Source: Antedon mediterranea (lineage: Eukaryota; Animalia; Echinodermata). Taken from it: DNA of 64,000 nt. Each line of letters begins with the position of its first letter. The first letter of the stretch is position 1. The notes below the pieces were generated by a model. The model was not told the origin of the DNA, did no database searches, and saw only the letters and a program-made list of their open reading frames with translations. The position numbers and the translations under genes are program-made. This document shows, piece by piece, positions 59,967 through 64,000 of this stretch. The DNA lies in assembly GCF_964355755.1 (NCBI RefSeq), contig NC_092670.1:24848795-24912794 (forward strand), written 5' to 3'.

Positions 59967-61375
59967 AGCTCTGTCTACACTATAAAATTAATGTGAAAAA
60001 AAAAATGTGATGTGCCCATATATGGGCATGATGATGTCATATCACTACCAAATGTCGGTATCACTACCATATTTTGGTATATCACTACCATTTTTGGGTA
60101 TATCACTACCCAGGGATGTCACCACGCTGGTCGGCGCTGGTCGGCCCCGACCAGCACTCAGCATTTCCGACCAGGATTTACAGGCTGCCGACCACCACTA
60201 TTATTTATTAATCATTACGATATTTATATTAGGCCTAGGCTAGGCCTAACTAAAATTTGTACTAAAACATTTTACCTAGCACATCGTTAATAACAGACAA
60301 GCTAGCCTCATATAGATAAGACAAAAGACTACAGCAAATGTTACGTACGTTACTTTATTTGTAACACAATACCAGGCCTACCCTGCCCTGGTATTCATTG
60401 TTACAGCTTGTGAGTCATGGCGAACAACGTGCTACACAGCACAGTGTACAAGTTTAAAGTTCACATAGCGACCATTCAAGCGTTTTATTTTGCACAGATT
60501 AAAAATACAAACAAGTACGCAGTAATTAAAAATGTACAACTACATAGACCCAAACAAAATCATTTTTAATTGCTGAATGTTTTGTCACCCTGCTTTAATT
60601 AAATTATATTATGTTACTAGTTTTACATTGTTGTACTCTACGAACTATTAAAAAAAATAAAAAAACATGCGCATGGTTCAGTGAGACCGGGCAAGTTCGT
60701 TCGTTTATGATCGCCGAGCATGGTACAATAATTACACGTCCCTGGGATAACTTCAGGTTGCTGAACTTCAGTTAACCCATAAACACGTGTCTCTGTTCTT
60801 CTTGCCGGCCATGCACTACTACTACATACATGCTTGCCGCACAGTTGTGAAACAAAAAATCCGGAATTCGCGGATACGCTAAAATACTCTCGCGCAAAAG
60901 AACACGAACATTATATCGAGCAACAAGTAGTAAGGTCTAGGCTAATAATTTATCTACATTATTTGATTAGGGATTAGGCCTAAATAAAGAAGCGCCCGTT
61001 TTTTTGGAATTTGGGTTTTGGGGCATCTATCCAAGCCTTGGCTAGGCCTAGTGTCTACAAGGCTAGGCCTAAGCCTGACGCGATCTATTGCTATTCATTT
61101 CGTGAGCGTTTTTTTGTTTTCGCGAATAATAACGGCGACTCTCCGGTGGTACAAGGTTAGGCCTAGACCTGACGCAATTTGTTGTTATTTATTTTCATAA
61201 TTCTTTATGTTTCGCTGAAATAACGAAAAAACCCCGGGGGGGGGGGGGGGGATACCCGGGGTTATTTCTCCCCCCCCCCCCCCCCCCCCCGGGAAATTTG
61301 ACGACCGGCACTCCAAAAAGCTGGTGACATCCCTGCTACCATATTTTTTGTTTTTTTGATAGTGTAAACAGAGCT
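59967..61375. mobile_element. Harbinger MITE family A copy, interrupted by a nested insertion
   Basis: TAA|agctctgtctacacta at 59967 and tagtgtaaacagagct|TAA at 61375. Confidence 0.85.
60111..61335. mobile_element. 1225-bp non-autonomous hAT-like element nested in the MITE
   Basis: Perfect 14-bp TIR CAGGGATGTCACCA / TGGTGACATCCCTG, apparent 5-bp duplication ctacc, CpG-rich interior and no transposase ORF. Confidence 0.85.
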
Positions 61376-62674
61376 TAAGACATAACTGCTTAAAAGTGAA
61401 CCCTTCCACACTACAGTAATACAAGGTTTCCCAAGATAGAACTAAACATTAAACGATGGAAATACAAAGTGAAAGGTGTTAATGTGTCTTTGATATGCCC
61501 CAAGACGATCATTAAAGTTGGGGTAAAGTTCACCAGCATGTTGTAAATCAACTTAGGGGTGTGGGAAACATTTATTAATGGACACAACACAGCACAAACT
61601 AACGTAATTAAAATCTACATCAGCCTAGGTGCGAAGTAAGTCATAGCTAAATCAAAACTTGATAGTAAAGGTTCATCTTGTCACGTATCATGGTTAAACA
61701 CGATATTGTGAAATATAATCTAAGAGAAGACACCTCGTAAACTCCCGCGAGAATTTTAACACGCTTACCCATCAATATCATCATCATTGTCGTTTCTAAA
61801 ACGTACCAATATCTTCTTCGAAATTAATTACATTAACATTTATGTCGCTTTCATGTTTTTTTAAAAAACAATTGTGAACCGGTAACTATTCATCCAGTAG
61901 TTAATCATACGCTACATGTTTGTATGAATGAAGTATATACTATCCATCAAGGCAATTTCTTTATGATTTATCTCTCAAAACTTGTTTTATTCTAATTTTG
62001 TTTTATTATATTTAATGCAATCATGTGAGCATTGCTACTACATTTTAGTAAAGTTTTGGTTACAATTTTTTATGCATGTTTTATTACATCACATCCAACA
62101 AGAATTAGAGTAAAAATGTTTAAAATAAAACTTTTACTACAGATCATCCAAGTTCAGTCATTTCCCAATAGCTTTATGTTTAACTACCAAATAAAACGAC
62201 AATGAAATCATTTCACAAAATATAGAACTTTTGGTTTTAATATTTTCATTTTCATTTTATTGCCAAATTTACAATACACCCTAGACAACCAATTTTTGTA
62301 TTTTTTAAACATTTTTAAGGCCATAACAAGAGGTTAAAAACAGCCGAGGAAAAGACGCTTTAACTATAATTATTGATATAAAATGACAAGCTGTGCTGGC
62401 GATTGGTGGTGAAAACTGACAATTCAGATGAGGTGAGCGCATCATCTGCCTCGTTCTGGTTACAGCCCTGATTTTAAAATTAAATTTCCAACACAATTTT
62501 TTCCTTTTTGGATACAAATAAGTCACAAGTGCTTCAAAAAATGAAATATATGTCTATAGTGCTTTTTTGTAGGAAAACATTTTACTAAATCAGTATGTAT
62601 AGTAGTATCAAAAAGGGGACAGAAATCTGATATTGTTAGGTATCAATGACAATAATTTAATATAAAAATATGTA

Positions 62675-62830
62675 TAATCCCATGTTCGAGTATAATCCCA
62701 CCTCCTATATTTGCCTATATTTTGATACATTCCATTGATAACGCAATCCAAGTATAATCCCATCTCCTAACTTTCTCAGAATTTTGTAATAGTACCCTGG
62801 GACTATGCTCAGTCATGGTAATACGGTATG
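62675..62830. mobile_element. Degenerate pogo/Tigger-like MITE (agtataatccca family)
   Basis: Repeated agtataa(t/c)ccca motifs and a terminal ggtaatacggta. Similar copies lie at about 39910-40118, 34180-34322 (inverse) and 63400. Confidence 0.45.
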
Positions 62831-64000
62831 AAGATAATGAATGCCCTGCAGCAACTGCTATAAGATAAAACAAAGGTTATTTACAAGAAACTAAGCAAGT
62901 TGAAATCTAGCACATCTACTGATGTTGTAATTGCTATTATGTCCATTAATGGAACACCATGAAGATGATGAGAGGACCTAGGACATTATTGATTATATAC
63001 TTGTGTTTCTCCTATAGCAATATTAATAGCCTTTGTTCTATCTTTGTTCGATGCTTTCTACATCAACATCCTTTGATTTAAATTGGCTGAGATAACAAGA
63101 CGGTAAAAGCTTCAATATTTTACGCATTTTATACCAATTAAAATAGATTAACCTCCAGGCTTTGTTCGGTTCTTTTGAATTTTTGTACTATTAAATTGTC
63201 ACCATTATAAATAAGTAGTCAATCACTGGACAGCCTACTTTAATGAAATTGCGTTAAAGAAATCTGTAAGTTGTAAATATGTTCACAATATTGGCAGTAA
63301 TACATTTTTTAAAACACTAATAATAGAATACAAATCCATGCTCAAGTATTTCCCATTCTATAATTTAGGCTAAATTAAAGAGCCAATATTTTAAAGCCAT
63401 CGAAGTATAATTCCACCCCTAATTTCTCCTAAAATTAACACCCAGGCCATCAGTGACTATGTAGTACTATACCATTTTTGCTTCATGCTCCCTAAACAAC
63501 TGGTCAACATATTTTTTTTAACAATTTTAAAAACTTGAGAACACTAAATTGTTTCCATTTCTACTGTCTACAAAAATTAAAGTATTAAACTAATTCAAAT
63601 GCTTTTAATCGATTGTTAGCAGAAAAACATGCCATCATAATGTTATATGTAAAAATACCGTTTATGATTTGTTTATAACCAAAATAATCTTACAGGACTT
63701 ATCATAAATTTGTAACTGAATAATTGATACATATAGTATCAATCTTAAAGTCTGATAAAAATAAATGAATCCATTTAAATCTTTGACTAACATTCCATTT
63801 AGAGAATAACATTACTCATCAGGAATCTTTAATTGACAACTTAATCAAATTGGTTTCAAATTACATTGAAACAAATGATGTTGTCAGTGGACCCTTCATT
63901 TGTAAAAGAAGATGATATGTCATGTTAAAGAATGTTCCAAGAGAAGCATTGTCAATTTAAAATGATTGTTTTTTGTAAAAAGTTACAACATTGTTTATCA

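Noticed and set aside
60700-61200. CpG-rich promoter of a second nested gene
   Set aside because: It lies inside the TIR-bounded 60111-61335 element, and no downstream coding exons were recognised.
62305-62526. Possible further Sidekick exon or ORF
   Set aside because: No recognisable Ig motifs and no compatible splice donor. The upstream sdk exons appear to be outside the window.

Overview
AT-rich eukaryotic (animal) genomic DNA with GT-AG introns. It looks like a marine invertebrate, plausibly a deuterostome such as an echinoderm, though the taxon is an inference. It is not prokaryotic, so most of the supplied ORF track is spurious or exon plus intron read-through. Four protein-coding genes were reconstructed by hand from splice sites and reading phase. 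(1) The first coding exon of a RASD1/RASD2 (Dexras1/Rhes)-like small GTPase (- strand; the rest runs off the left edge). (2) A complete Josephin deubiquitinase, JOSD1/2-like, with 3 coding exons and 189 aa (- strand). (3) The last 31 coding exons of a Sidekick adhesion receptor: 3 Ig + 13 FN3 + TM + tail ending GFSSFV (- strand; 5' end off the right edge). (4) An intact TRIM-NHL E3 ligase with a single coding exon, nested antisense in a Sidekick intron, with its own candidate TATA/X-box promoter. The most novel-looking signals are three frame-preserving 12, 21 and 33 nt candidate cassette exons in Sidekick introns, the nested TRIM-NHL gene, a minimal Penelope-type hammerhead ribozyme motif, an in-frame uORF on the RASD gene and a CpG-density boundary near 17 kb. 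There is also a varied set of non-autonomous transposons (Ginger-like, hAT-like nested in a Harbinger MITE, MULE-like, a foldback with a 7-bp TSD, a Deu/Nin-domain SINE) and several satellites. No CRISPR array, rRNA or bona fide tRNA gene was found. All coordinates were read manually and no database searches were run.
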